Below, piece after piece: positions 8,609 through 17,889 of a stretch of DNA of 59,920 bases (position 1 is the stretch's first letter; the number at the start of each line of letters is the position of its first letter). The stretch lies in the sequence record DRR723986_5550; one strand, given 5' to 3'. The notes below the pieces were generated by a model. That model saw only the letters and a list, made by a program, of their open reading frames with translations. It ran no database searches and had not been told where the DNA came from. The translations under genes were made by a program, and so were the position numbers.

Positions 8609-10889
8609 TGGCAGTCATCACTCCTTGTCCGTTGCCATGCTTCAACATGAAGCTGACAGATTTGGAAGGCAGCAGTGAACCATCCGCTTGCTTGGTGCGC
8701 ACAAAGGTCATGTAAGCACCTTGTGGAACCACTGCGGCTTGATCTGGAATGGTGAAGCGTACGCTTTGCCCAGTCACAGTCAGCTGGTTTTTGGGAATGA
8801 CTACAGTCCGCTGATCGGCGTCAGTCAAGTGAGTGGTCACGGTGTGACGTACCAAGGAGACCGAGTCAATCTTGCTCATATCAGTTCCAGGTGCCAGTTC
8901 CAGTGTCACTTGTTGACCTTTGCGGAACTCACGCAGCATGGTTTTTCCATTGCCAGCGGGTGTCGAGTTACCACCTGCGAAGCCGATCAAATTGGGGCGG
9001 TTCGGATTGTTCACATACGGAGGTGTGTAAATCTCGAATGAGGGATCACGACCATCGTTGGGCGACAAACCAAAGGCTGCCAAATTGATGTTCTTCAGGT
9101 ACAAGGTAGAAATTGGAGCATGGCCACCCACTAACACGCGACCGTCTTGCATTAGCAGGGCGGTGTTGTGATAGGTGCGGGGTTTGTTGGCCACAGCCAT
9201 TTGAGTCCACTTTTTGGTCACTGGGTCAAAGCGCTCTGCCGTTTTGCGTGGGAACTCCACGCCGGGGGCTGCAACGCCATCGCGGTCGCCACCGCTGAAC
9301 ACCATCACTGAGTCATCGGGCATAAGCACGCCTGAACCATACCAACGAGTTTCATTCAAAGAACCTGTGACTTCACTCTGGTAGTCAACAATATTGTCAC
9401 CGTCGGTCTTCACGGTATCAATACGAGACGATGCAACAGCCACGTACCCACCTGGAGATGTCAAGCCCACCAATGGAAGCACACCGCCTGCTGTCAGGAA
9501 ACTGGCTTCCTTGTATTGACCTTGAGCGTTGGGACGTAGCGGCATCATGATTGAGAATGTTGAACCGCGCATGCCCGCGCCAACCACTTTTTGCAAGGTT
9601 TGCTCAGGATTGCCCGTGGTGACAGTGCTCAACAGTTTTTGAAGGGCTTGTGGGCTCTTCATGGGTGCGCTCATCAGCGTTTTGGTGAGTGCGCTCATGG
9701 CTGCATTGGGCGCAGTCAACGGATTCAAAATCTGGGTCAGTGATTCAAGACCCGCGTCGCTGAACTTCAATGGAAAGCCAGCGTAAGCCAAATCACTCCA
9801 AGTTTGAGTGGCAGGGTTGTACGTGGCGGAAATGTTCCACAATGGCTGGTCGTAAGACTGGCCAAAAGGGTTGAAGGCCTGACCACCGGCGTTGTAATAC
9901 ACATGGCCGTTCGGCAGCAGGTGCAGGCGGGGGTACAGTGGCAGCGAGCGTTGTGCTGTTTGAGCATTCACGGTCCACTTACCAGTGGCCGGGTCGAATG
10001 TTTCAGTTTGCACCACGTTACGGCCGCTTTGTTCTGGGGCTTGTGGGTATACAGGCTTGAGCAACTTGGTGACACCACTGGCCACGAACATTTTGCTGTC
10101 GGGCAGGGTAATCAAAGCGGGATACCAACGACCAAAGTTCATGTCGTTGCCTTGCATCCAGCGGTTTGTGTTGGGGTTGTATACTCGGCTGGTCTTAAGA
10201 CCTTCCAGTTCGGTCAAACCATAACCGATCAAATTGCTGCCCGGTTCGCTGTAATAAGCGGTACCACCTACGGCCATGATCGAGCCGTCGGCCAGCATGG
10301 CCACGTCGGCGCAGAATAAGGCGCCGTCAGCGCTGTTGGTTTCCTTGTTGGTTAAGCCCAGGCCTGGAAGCAATTCGGTAATCGCATATCCATCCGGATT
10401 GGCGCCAGAATCAACTTCCAAGGGACGAATCCAATTCGTAGCCTTGTTTGAATCTTTCGGGATGATCATGCGACGAGTTTGATCGTTGATCGCCTTTTGA
10501 CCGAAATCAACCAAAATACTGAATTCGAAATCCTCCGTGCCTTCAAGTGCGTTGAAGTACAGGAAGTCCCCGTTGGGTAGCAGGGAAATCGTGCCTGCCG
10601 CAGGCTTACAGCGCAGCTTCCCGTTTTCTCCGATGCCCATGCATTTTTCAGGTGCTGGAATAGGTGTTGCGTCGGCGTTATTGTCATTATCACCAGAACG
10701 TTCATATACGAAAGGCTCTTCAAAGGGAGCTGTGAATGTGCCTTTCTGGCCTTCAGGTGCTACGCCTTTGCTGGTGCTGACAGGATTGAACTTGGCACCG
10801 ATCAGGTCGTCGAGCAGACCGGCTTGTACAGGTAATGCAGTTCCCAATCCAATGGCGATTACTGCAGATAGTTTATTCAGCTTGAACAC
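8595..10889 (-). CDS. Secreted copper radical oxidase (galactose oxidase/glyoxal oxidase/GlxA-like; Kelch propeller plus C-terminal Ig-like domain)
   Basis: Signal peptide; LFCA (Cys), RWYP (Tyr), RTYHN (Tyr-His) and TTH (His) ligand motifs; Kelch repeats; GTG start with GGAGGAG RBS. Confidence 0.9.
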   Translation of the reverse strand: MFKLNKLSAVIAIGLGTALPVQAGLLDDLIGAKFNPVSTSKGVAPEGQKGTFTAPFEEPFVYERSGDNDNNADATPIPAPEKCMGIGENGKLRCKPAAGTISLLPNGDFLYFNALEGTEDFEFSILVDFGQKAINDQTRRMIIPKDSNKATNWIRPLEVDSGANPDGYAITELLPGLGLTNKETNSADGALFCADVAMLADGSIMAVGGTAYYSEPGSNLIGYGLTELEGLKTSRVYNPNTNRWMQGNDMNFGRWYPALITLPDSKMFVASGVTKLLKPVYPQAPEQSGRNVVQTETFDPATGKWTVNAQTAQRSLPLYPRLHLLPNGHVYYNAGGQAFNPFGQSYDQPLWNISATYNPATQTWSDLAYAGFPLKFSDAGLESLTQILNPLTAPNAAMSALTKTLMSAPMKSPQALQKLLSTVTTGNPEQTLQKVVGAGMRGSTFSIMMPLRPNAQGQYKEASFLTAGGVLPLVGLTSPGGYVAVASSRIDTVKTDGDNIVDYQSEVTGSLNETRWYGSGVLMPDDSVMVFSGGDRDGVAAPGVEFPRKTAERFDPVTKKWTQMAVANKPRTYHNTALLMQDGRVLVGGHAPISTLYLKNINLAAFGLSPNDGRDPSFEIYTPPYVNNPNRPNLIGFAGGNSTPAGNGKTMLREFRKGQQVTLELAPGTDMSKIDSVSLVRHTVTTHLTDADQRTVVIPKNQLTVTGQSVRFTIPDQAAVVPQGAYMTFVRTKQADGSLLPSKSVSFMLKHGNGQGVMTANARR

Positions 10890-11001
10890 GTGTCATCTCC
10901 TCCTAGCAAGCTGTTTTTGTAGAAGAAAGGGCGTGTGCAGCTATTGTGGTACTGCAACGATCCTCTCTTGCCTTTGTTAACAGTTGTTACTGTTGAAGTG
11001 C

Positions 11002-11027
11002 ATTTTTAGATGCATCTTTCTAAAAAT
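11002..11027. promoter_or_regulatory. Perfect 9-bp inverted repeat upstream of the oxidase operon (candidate operator)
   Basis: ATTTTTAGA-N8-TCTAAAAAT in an AT-rich intergenic region. Confidence 0.4.
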
Positions 11028-11153
11028 AATAACCGTGATTATGGTTTTGAACAATCGTTGCTATACCATTTAAAACTAGTAATGCAACGTATTTGGAAGA
11101 GGTGTGAGGTGCTGCTGGAGAAGGTTTTGTCAGCAAAGCCTGCTGGTGTGCTG

Positions 11154-11189
11154 AAATAAAAAACCCCTCAACTTTCGCTGAGGGGTTTT
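11154..11189 (-). terminator. Rho-independent terminator downstream of the tRNA
   Basis: AAAACCCCTCA/TGAGGGGTTTT stem followed by a T-run on the minus strand. Confidence 0.9.
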
Positions 11190-11195
11190 CTTGTT

Positions 11196-11272
<77 letters not shown>

Positions 11273-11340
11273 GAAGACCGAGAGTATAACTGAGCTTTCA
11301 TAAAAAAAGAAGAGATTGTTCGCTACTTTCTCATGAAAGG

Positions 11341-12456
11341 TTAAACCATGCGCTCGACACGCCACATTTGATATTTCAGCGCGCCCATGGCGCCAACAAC
11401 AATGCTGCCCAATGCCACGAATGATGACAGAGACAATGTGCTGACACCGCTCAAACCCTGGCCCACTGTACAGCCCAAGGCGAGAACCCCGCCCACACCC
11501 ATGAACACCGCGCCCACCGTGTGGTTGGCTGTGTCTTCAACGCCCTGGAATGTTTCCCAACGGAATGATTTTTCCTGCAATGCACTGGCCGTGGCACCCA
11601 GAATGACGCCGAAGCAAGCCACAACTCCCACGGTGATCACCCGGCTCACATCAGAGAAAAACATCAACCATTCCAGGGTGTACGCATAGGGTGCTACAAA
11701 ACTGAAACCTTCCGCCCGATTTGCATAGGTGCCCAAATAAGCGGCTTCAAGTGTATCGGGATGTTCTGGGATATATGCCACTTGGAATATGACCCACCAA
11801 GCCGCTACGATCGTGAGGCCCACCCCGGTGCCGCCAACAATTACCTCCTTGTTCCAGGCCGATGGGCTGCCCAATGCGACGATTAGCAGGAGAACAGGCA
11901 GCGCAATCGCCAGAATGGTGATCAAGCCCGCTGGCTCCTGGCTGACCAGATTGGCCAACAGCTCCGGCAAATAGGGGCTGCTGCTAAATTCAAAGCGAAT
12001 TGGGTCCAGATAATTGGCGCGAAATACGCCAAATACGCCTTTGAGTGTCATGTATGCAGTGATTCCCATGATCACGAAAACCATCAGGGCTTTTAAATTT
12101 CCCGCGCCCAGGCGTATCAATGTTTTGCTGCCACAACCCGACGCCAATACCATGCCTGCACCGAACAGTAAGCCACCCACAATTCCCGACAGCCAAGACC
12201 ACTGGCTGCTTAGAAAAATAGTGTCATCAAGCTTGGCTTGACCTGTGATGCTCAACACCTGAAGGCCGAGCGCAGCAATAGCGATCGCTAGTAGCCACAT
12301 GCGCATCCGGTTCCAGTCACCAAAGTTGAATACATCAGCAATTGCACCCATGGTGCAAAAATGGGTGCGATGGGAAATGGCACCGAAGGCGAGGCCAACG
12401 GCGAATGTAGCCCAAAGCACAGTGCTCTGAATGCTGTTGAGGTTGATTTCTTCCAT
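11341..12456 (-). CDS. YeeE/YedE family sulfur-compound (thiosulfate) transporter
   Basis: Multi-TM; conserved Cys motifs FCTMG, GMVLASGCG and LALGCTVGQG. Confidence 0.9.
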   Translation of the reverse strand: MEEINLNSIQSTVLWATFAVGLAFGAISHRTHFCTMGAIADVFNFGDWNRMRMWLLAIAIAALGLQVLSITGQAKLDDTIFLSSQWSWLSGIVGGLLFGAGMVLASGCGSKTLIRLGAGNLKALMVFVIMGITAYMTLKGVFGVFRANYLDPIRFEFSSSPYLPELLANLVSQEPAGLITILAIALPVLLLIVALGSPSAWNKEVIVGGTGVGLTIVAAWWVIFQVAYIPEHPDTLEAAYLGTYANRAEGFSFVAPYAYTLEWLMFFSDVSRVITVGVVACFGVILGATASALQEKSFRWETFQGVEDTANHTVGAVFMGVGGVLALGCTVGQGLSGVSTLSLSSFVALGSIVVGAMGALKYQMWRVERMV

Positions 12457-12542
12457 GAACCGGCGCCTTTGTATTGAAGTGCCGGTATTTTAACTGCGTA
12501 TGCGCAAAAGCGCGCATTGTTGCTGCGATAACTTCTTGGGGA

Positions 12543-13289
12543 TTATTTCAGCGCTTCGAGTCGGGCTTTCGCACTTGCAGCGGCGGGGCTGCTGGGGTAT
12601 TTGGCGATTAGTTCACCGAGGGTTTTCTTGGCGCCAGGAATACTTTTCAACTCCAATTGTGAGCTGGCCATACTCAGCAGGGCATCGGGCGCTCGTGGAC
12701 TGTCAGGAAAATCCTTGGCCAAGTCGCGTTGGGTCACCAAAGCAGTTTTGTATTCGCCTTGCGCGAATTGGGTGCTTCCAAGGAAATAGCGAACCTGTGG
12801 TTCGAGTTTGCTTTGCTTGTACTTATTCAGAAATTCCTGAAATTGCAGCCCTGCATCCTTGTAATTACCTGCTTTGAAATGATCAAGGCCGGCTTGGTAA
12901 TCATTGAATTGTTCGGGGGGTACCGTGAGTTCTTCACCATCAAGTTGAACAGCTCTGGGTTCGAGTTTCTTGATGCGGTCATCCAGGTTTGTGTACAGGA
13001 TACGGTTGTCTTCCTGCAACTTTTTGATGTTGTTGTTGGCGACTTCGAGATCACCGCGCAAGCGGGCGATCTCTCGGTCTTTTTCACTCAGGGACTGGGC
13101 CAGTGACAACTGCCCCTGATTGGCGGCTTCCATTCTCGCGACTCGGTCTTCAAGCACCTTGACCTGCTGGCGCAAATCCAGAATCGCCTTGCGAGCTTCT
13201 GTGTCATCGAATATCGCAAATGCGGAATTCGATGCAGAGGCGCAAAGCAGGGCGATTACCCAGGTTTTCTGCTTGAAGTTCAAAATCAT
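12543..13289 (-). CDS. cpoB: Tol-Pal associated TPR protein CpoB/YbgF
   Basis: FDDTEARKAILDLR, coiled coil plus TPR repeats; follows pal. Confidence 0.93.
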   Translation of the reverse strand: MILNFKQKTWVIALLCASASNSAFAIFDDTEARKAILDLRQQVKVLEDRVARMEAANQGQLSLAQSLSEKDREIARLRGDLEVANNNIKKLQEDNRILYTNLDDRIKKLEPRAVQLDGEELTVPPEQFNDYQAGLDHFKAGNYKDAGLQFQEFLNKYKQSKLEPQVRYFLGSTQFAQGEYKTALVTQRDLAKDFPDSPRAPDALLSMASSQLELKSIPGAKKTLGELIAKYPSSPAAASAKARLEALK

Positions 13290-13307
13290 CTTGAATGGTT
13301 TCCTTGA

Positions 13308-13832
13308 TTACTGATAAACGATGTCAGAACGACGATTTTCTGCATAAGCAGCCTCGTTGCTGCCAGTTGCTTTTGGCTTTTCTTTGCCGAAGCTGACTGT
13401 TTCAATCTGACCTTCTTTCACGCCCAGTGCCAGCATCAGTGTCTTTACTGCATCAGCGCGACGCTGACCCAATGCCAGGTTGTATTCAGCGCCACCGCGT
13501 TCATCGGTGTTGCCCTGTACAACTACTTTGCGGTTGGGGTTGGCAACCAGGTATTTGGCGTGGTTCTGAACCAGCTCACGGTACTCTGACTTAACGGTGT
13601 AGCTGTCGTAGTCAAAATAAACGCTGCGCTTGGCCAGTACGCCTTGAGGATCGTTCAGAGGATCGGCATCGCCAGGGGTTACTGTCGGTACGGCGCGACC
13701 ATCAGAACCGGGCGCTGTGCCGGTTTTTGATTCAACTGTAGGTTTGTCGTTCAAAGGAACGGCTGAGCTACAAGCGGCCAATACGGCCACCATTGCGGAA
13801 ATCGCCAAGTACTTGACCATTGAGTGTTTCAT
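13308..13832 (-). CDS. pal: Peptidoglycan-associated lipoprotein
   Basis: Lipobox LAAC; GNTDERG, YNLALGQRRA, ENRR. Confidence 0.97.
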   Translation of the reverse strand: MKHSMVKYLAISAMVAVLAACSSAVPLNDKPTVESKTGTAPGSDGRAVPTVTPGDADPLNDPQGVLAKRSVYFDYDSYTVKSEYRELVQNHAKYLVANPNRKVVVQGNTDERGGAEYNLALGQRRADAVKTLMLALGVKEGQIETVSFGKEKPKATGSNEAAYAENRRSDIVYQ

Positions 13833-13889
13833 TTTTTTCTCCAGACCTAAAGAGTGTTTAGTGTAAAACCAGTTAAAACAAATTCAAAA

Positions 13890-15227
13890 TCAATCATTTA
13901 TGAATGGGCCCCAGGTGGGTTCCGAGATGTCAGCGCCAGAACTGCTCAAGTTGTACTTGATTCGTCCGTCTTTTGACACCACGGCCAGGGTCCCTTTGCC
14001 GCCCGATTTGGTCGCATACAAAATGTAACGACCGTTCGGAGCGAAGCTTGGGCTTTCGTCTCGCCCCGTGTTTGTCAGCAGCATTTCCGTGCCACTTGCC
14101 AAATCCAGCGCAGCAATCCGAAATTGCCCGTCTCGACGAGTCACATATGTCAATGTTTTGTCATCGGGACTAATTCGAGGCGAGATATTGTATCCACCTT
14201 CGAATGTCACGCGTGACGCATCACCACCATTTGTGCTCATTCGATAAATTTGCGGGCCACCTCCGCGATCGGAAGTGAAATATATGCTTCGACCATCATG
14301 ACTGTACGCAGGTTCCGTGTTGATTCCACTGGTACTGGTCAGTCTGTTCAGGCCCGATCCATCGGCGTTCATCGAGAAGATTTGTGACCCACCATCTTTG
14401 GTTAGCACCACTGCAAGTTGCTGGCCATTTGACGACCAAGCGGGCGCACTGTTGCTACCTTTGAAATTCGCCAAGGCCTTGCGGCGACCTGTTGCAAGTG
14501 TGTGAACAAATACAACAGGTTTGCGAGTTTCGAAGGAAACATAGGCAAGTTGCGTGCCGTCTGGCGACCAGGCTGGCGAAATAATGGGTTCTTTGGAGGC
14601 CAGCGCCACTTGTGGGTTGGCGCCATCGGCATCCGCAATAATCAGGCGATAGCGGCCGGGGGCTTTTTCAACATAGGCCAGGCGAGTAGAAAATACACCT
14701 TTCTCGCCCAGCATTTTCTCGTACACAAAATCGGCAATTTTGTGGGCATGCAGACGCAGGGCAGAAGGCGCGATCACATAGCTGAACTTGCCTAGCGACT
14801 TTTGCTGAGCTGTGTCGTGGAGGTTAAAGCGTAAGTCCAGGCGCCCGTCTGGCAGCTTCTTGACTGAGCCTACGATCAACGCATCCACACCAATCGATTT
14901 CCAGGCGGAGGGATCGATCAGCGTTGATTCATTCAATTCAACGTTGCTGGTCGTATTGATGGACCTGAAAAAACCGCTGCGTACCAAATCATCTTCAATC
15001 ACCTTTTTGATGTCTTCTGGCAAACCCTGATTGCCCTGAAATGGTGCGGCCGAGAACGCGATTTGATTCGCACCCACACCAGTGATGTCAATTTTCAATT
15101 GCGCTTGTGCGGGTGTGTTGAAGGCCGTCAGGGCGAGGAGTGCCAGCAAGGTGCCGGCTGCTTTGCGCAGTGGGCCCCACAGGGCAATGGATGGTTTTAA
15201 ATGCATGACTTGATTGGCGTAGTTCAT
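13890..15227 (-). CDS. tolB: Tol-Pal beta-propeller protein TolB
   Basis: SPAWSPDG repeats, FTSDRGGGPQIY; operon position. Confidence 0.97.
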   Translation of the reverse strand: MNYANQVMHLKPSIALWGPLRKAAGTLLALLALTAFNTPAQAQLKIDITGVGANQIAFSAAPFQGNQGLPEDIKKVIEDDLVRSGFFRSINTTSNVELNESTLIDPSAWKSIGVDALIVGSVKKLPDGRLDLRFNLHDTAQQKSLGKFSYVIAPSALRLHAHKIADFVYEKMLGEKGVFSTRLAYVEKAPGRYRLIIADADGANPQVALASKEPIISPAWSPDGTQLAYVSFETRKPVVFVHTLATGRRKALANFKGSNSAPAWSSNGQQLAVVLTKDGGSQIFSMNADGSGLNRLTSTSGINTEPAYSHDGRSIYFTSDRGGGPQIYRMSTNGGDASRVTFEGGYNISPRISPDDKTLTYVTRRDGQFRIAALDLASGTEMLLTNTGRDESPSFAPNGRYILYATKSGGKGTLAVVSKDGRIKYNLSSSGADISEPTWGPFIND

Positions 15228-15241
15228 TGTTTCACTATGAA

Positions 15242-16147
15242 TTAAACGTCTTTTGGACGGAATGAGAGGACAAGTACCGGTTCAACTGAACCGTCTTCAG
15301 CCCTGGGTAGCGGGCTGGAGCGCTGCAACGCCCGCTCCACAGCGCTGTCCCACGCTGGCAACCCACTGCTTTTTTTCTGAGTGATAGAGACAATTTCCCC
15401 GTTGGGAAGTTGCTTGACTTCGAATACGGCTTCAGGATTTCCGTCGACGGAGTCCGCGCCAGGAAACACAAGTTTACTGCGTACATATTGCCGAATTCGG
15501 TCACTGTACTGCGCCTTGTTTCTGCTGGTACCGGCAGATGCGCTGCCGGTGTTGGGCGCTCCGCCCATGATGCGGGCAAGCTCTTCCTGGCGCAATTTCT
15601 TGGCCACTTCAGGATCGATCTTGGGTTCCTGCTTCTTTGGCTCAGGCTTGGGCTCAGGTTTTTTGGGCTCTGGTTTGGGCTCCGGCTTTTTGGGTTCAGG
15701 TTTGGGCTCGGGTTTTTTTGGCTCGGGCTTTGGCTCTGGCTTTTTCTTGGGCTCGGGCTTGGGCAACTCAATGTCGGCCTTGGGTGGTTCCACTGGCTTG
15801 GGTGGCGGTGGAGTCTCAACCACTGGCTTTGGTGGCTCGGGTTCTGGGATTGGCTCGGGTTTTGGCTGCTGCACGGCGATGGGTTCATTGGCCGGCATTT
15901 CAGACCACAGCACTGCCTCAAATGCAGCTGGTTCCTCGGTGCTCCAGTTCAAGCCCACCACAAAAAATGCCACCAAAGTTAAGTGCGCAATCACCGACAC
16001 AGTCAGCCCAGCCTTCTCGCCAGTGTGGTCCACTGGGGGTTCAAGGCGTGCCTCAAGCCCGCTTTCCTTGCTCATTTTGGAAAGCAATGCTTGGTGGGCT
16101 GGTGTGAATTCCCAGCCGTTGCGTGGTCGGGTCAAGTCTGCGCTCAT
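15242..16147 (-). CDS. tolA: Cell envelope integrity protein TolA
   Basis: Single TM with SxxxH, PEPK-rich linker, C-terminal SSGLPAWDSAVERA domain; start uncertain. Confidence 0.9.
   Translation of the reverse strand: MSADLTRPRNGWEFTPAHQALLSKMSKESGLEARLEPPVDHTGEKAGLTVSVIAHLTLVAFFVVGLNWSTEEPAAFEAVLWSEMPANEPIAVQQPKPEPIPEPEPPKPVVETPPPPKPVEPPKADIELPKPEPKKKPEPKPEPKKPEPKPEPKKPEPKPEPKKPEPKPEPKKQEPKIDPEVAKKLRQEELARIMGGAPNTGSASAGTSRNKAQYSDRIRQYVRSKLVFPGADSVDGNPEAVFEVKQLPNGEIVSITQKKSSGLPAWDSAVERALQRSSPLPRAEDGSVEPVLVLSFRPKDV
15640..15760 (-). repeat. Coding low-complexity (PEPK/PEPKK)n repeat in tolA
   Basis: Degenerate ggctc/ggttt units encoding KPEPKPEPKK. Confidence 0.8.
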
Positions 16148-16572
16148 TTGCTTTTCGGTTTCACCAGCAGGCCGACTTTCTGGATTTGTGCGTTTTGCAG
16201 AGCATCCATCGCATCCACCACAGCCTGATATTGAATGGCTTTCTCGGCTGAAATCACTACGGGGCGATCCGGTTCCTCCGCCTGAAGTTTCTTTACTTCA
16301 GCAGCAAGGTTTTCCAATGTCACTTCCGTGGTTTTGTTGGTTTTCATGTCCTTGACCAACAAATTACCCACCTGACGCACGGTTACTTCAATGGGGCGCA
16401 TTTGTTTGGGTGGATTGGTGTTGGCCATGGACGGCAGATCAATCACTGATGGAGTAATCATTGGGGCCGTGACCATGAAAATAATCAGTAGCACCAGCAT
16501 CACGTCGATGTAGGGCACTACATTGATTTCGTTCATGGCGCGTCTGGATTTTCGTCCAAGTTCGGCTTTCAT
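16144..16572 (-). CDS. tolR: TolR
   Basis: EINVVPYIDVMLVLLIIFMVTAP. Confidence 0.95.
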   Translation of the reverse strand: MKAELGRKSRRAMNEINVVPYIDVMLVLLIIFMVTAPMITPSVIDLPSMANTNPPKQMRPIEVTVRQVGNLLVKDMKTNKTTEVTLENLAAEVKKLQAEEPDRPVVISAEKAIQYQAVVDAMDALQNAQIQKVGLLVKPKSK

Positions 16573-16627
16573 CGATTAAATTTCCTGTTGCTCATTGCTG
16601 GTGTCGTTGCGGCCATTCGTGCTGTCA

Positions 16628-17305
16628 TTAGTGCTGACGTTGCAGAATGTTCAAGAATTCCTCAACGAAAGACTCAAACTGTGTCGACAAGCGATCAATG
16701 TCATTGGCGTAGCGGTTGTAAGCCACCACTGCTGGAATGGCGGCGAACAGACCGATTGCGGTAGCAATCAGCGCTTCGGCAATGCCCGGGGCAACTGAGG
16801 CCAGTGTGGCTTGTTGTACGTTGGCAAGGCCGACGAAAGCATGCATGATGCCCCAAACCGTGCCGAACAGGCCGATATACGGGCTGACCGAACCTGCCGA
16901 AGCCAGGAAGGGCAGGTTGCGCTCCAAAATCTCATTCTCGCGTTGGAATGCCGCTTTCATGGCGCGACGCGCACCGTCGATGATCAGCGAATAATCGGTC
17001 AACCCCTTTTTGTCACGGGCGCGGAGAAACTCGCTCATGCCGGCTTCGAATATACGCTCAAGCGGACCGGCATCGTTGCGGCGCATTCCTGCCCGCTGAA
17101 ACAGGGTGTTCAAGTCGCCGCCCGACCAGAATTCTTCTTCAAATTTGTCGGCTTGCTGCTTGGTGCGCTTCAATACAGCCCATTTCTTGAAAATGGTGGC
17201 CCATGAGATAAGGGAAATCATCACCAGAATCAACATGACCAGCTGGACAACCAAGCTGGCCTGCGCGATCAGGGAGATGAACGACATGTCGGTAGAGATA
17301 TCCAT
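16628..17305 (-). CDS. tolQ: TolQ
   Basis: SPYIGLFGTVWGIMHAF, VAPGIAEALIATAIGLFAAIPAV. Confidence 0.97.
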   Translation of the reverse strand: MDISTDMSFISLIAQASLVVQLVMLILVMISLISWATIFKKWAVLKRTKQQADKFEEEFWSGGDLNTLFQRAGMRRNDAGPLERIFEAGMSEFLRARDKKGLTDYSLIIDGARRAMKAAFQRENEILERNLPFLASAGSVSPYIGLFGTVWGIMHAFVGLANVQQATLASVAPGIAEALIATAIGLFAAIPAVVAYNRYANDIDRLSTQFESFVEEFLNILQRQH

Positions 17306-17348
17306 TAACAATCCGCGATAAGGAAAATGATTTGTTTCTTGTAACGCA

Positions 17349-17753
17349 CTACGGCATCAATTGGTTGAGTTGTTGATACACAGCAGGGGGTATTGCACTG
17401 GGTTTCAGGGTTTCAGTGTTGACACAGCCCACCTTGGTTTTACCCTCGCACAGCACTTCGCCGTTGCGCGTTACGGTTTGCTTGAAGACTGCGGAAACTC
17501 GCTTAAGTTCAGTGAGTTCCACTGATATTTCAAGTACATCCTCAAGTTTAGCAGAGCGAAGGTAGTTCAATTCTGTTCGGCTGACAACGAACACCAAATG
17601 ATGCTCATTCATCAGCGATTTCATGCCGATGCTTTGCTGCAGGAACCACTCACTTCGAGCACGTTCCATGAATTTGAGGTAATTGCCATAATAAACAATG
17701 CCGCCGGCGTCAGTATCTTCAAAATAAACGCGCAGAGAGTACTTGAATGTCAT
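17349..17753 (-). CDS. ybgC: Tol-pal associated acyl-CoA thioesterase
   Basis: RVYFEDTDAGGIVYYGNYLKFMERARSE. Confidence 0.95.
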   Translation of the reverse strand: MTFKYSLRVYFEDTDAGGIVYYGNYLKFMERARSEWFLQQSIGMKSLMNEHHLVFVVSRTELNYLRSAKLEDVLEISVELTELKRVSAVFKQTVTRNGEVLCEGKTKVGCVNTETLKPSAIPPAVYQQLNQLMP

Positions 17754-17773
17754 GAAATGGCCCGTCTCTAGTA

Positions 17774-17793
17774 TGCTTACGTTATTGTAAGCA
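17774..17793. promoter_or_regulatory. Palindrome in the divergent ybgC / WS-DGAT promoter region
   Basis: TGCTTAC-N6-GTAAGCA perfect 7-bp inverted repeat. Confidence 0.45.
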
Positions 17794-17889
17794 GGAGTAG
17801 GACTGACCTTCGAGGTTGTGGGATCCTGCCACTATTAAATTAACTAAATATTCACATTCAAATAACAATGAGAAGCGGAGACCACTGAC

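Noticed and set aside
15381-16355. 324-aa Gly/Ser/Phe-rich plus-strand ORF
   Set aside because: Antisense shadow of the PEPK repeats of tolA
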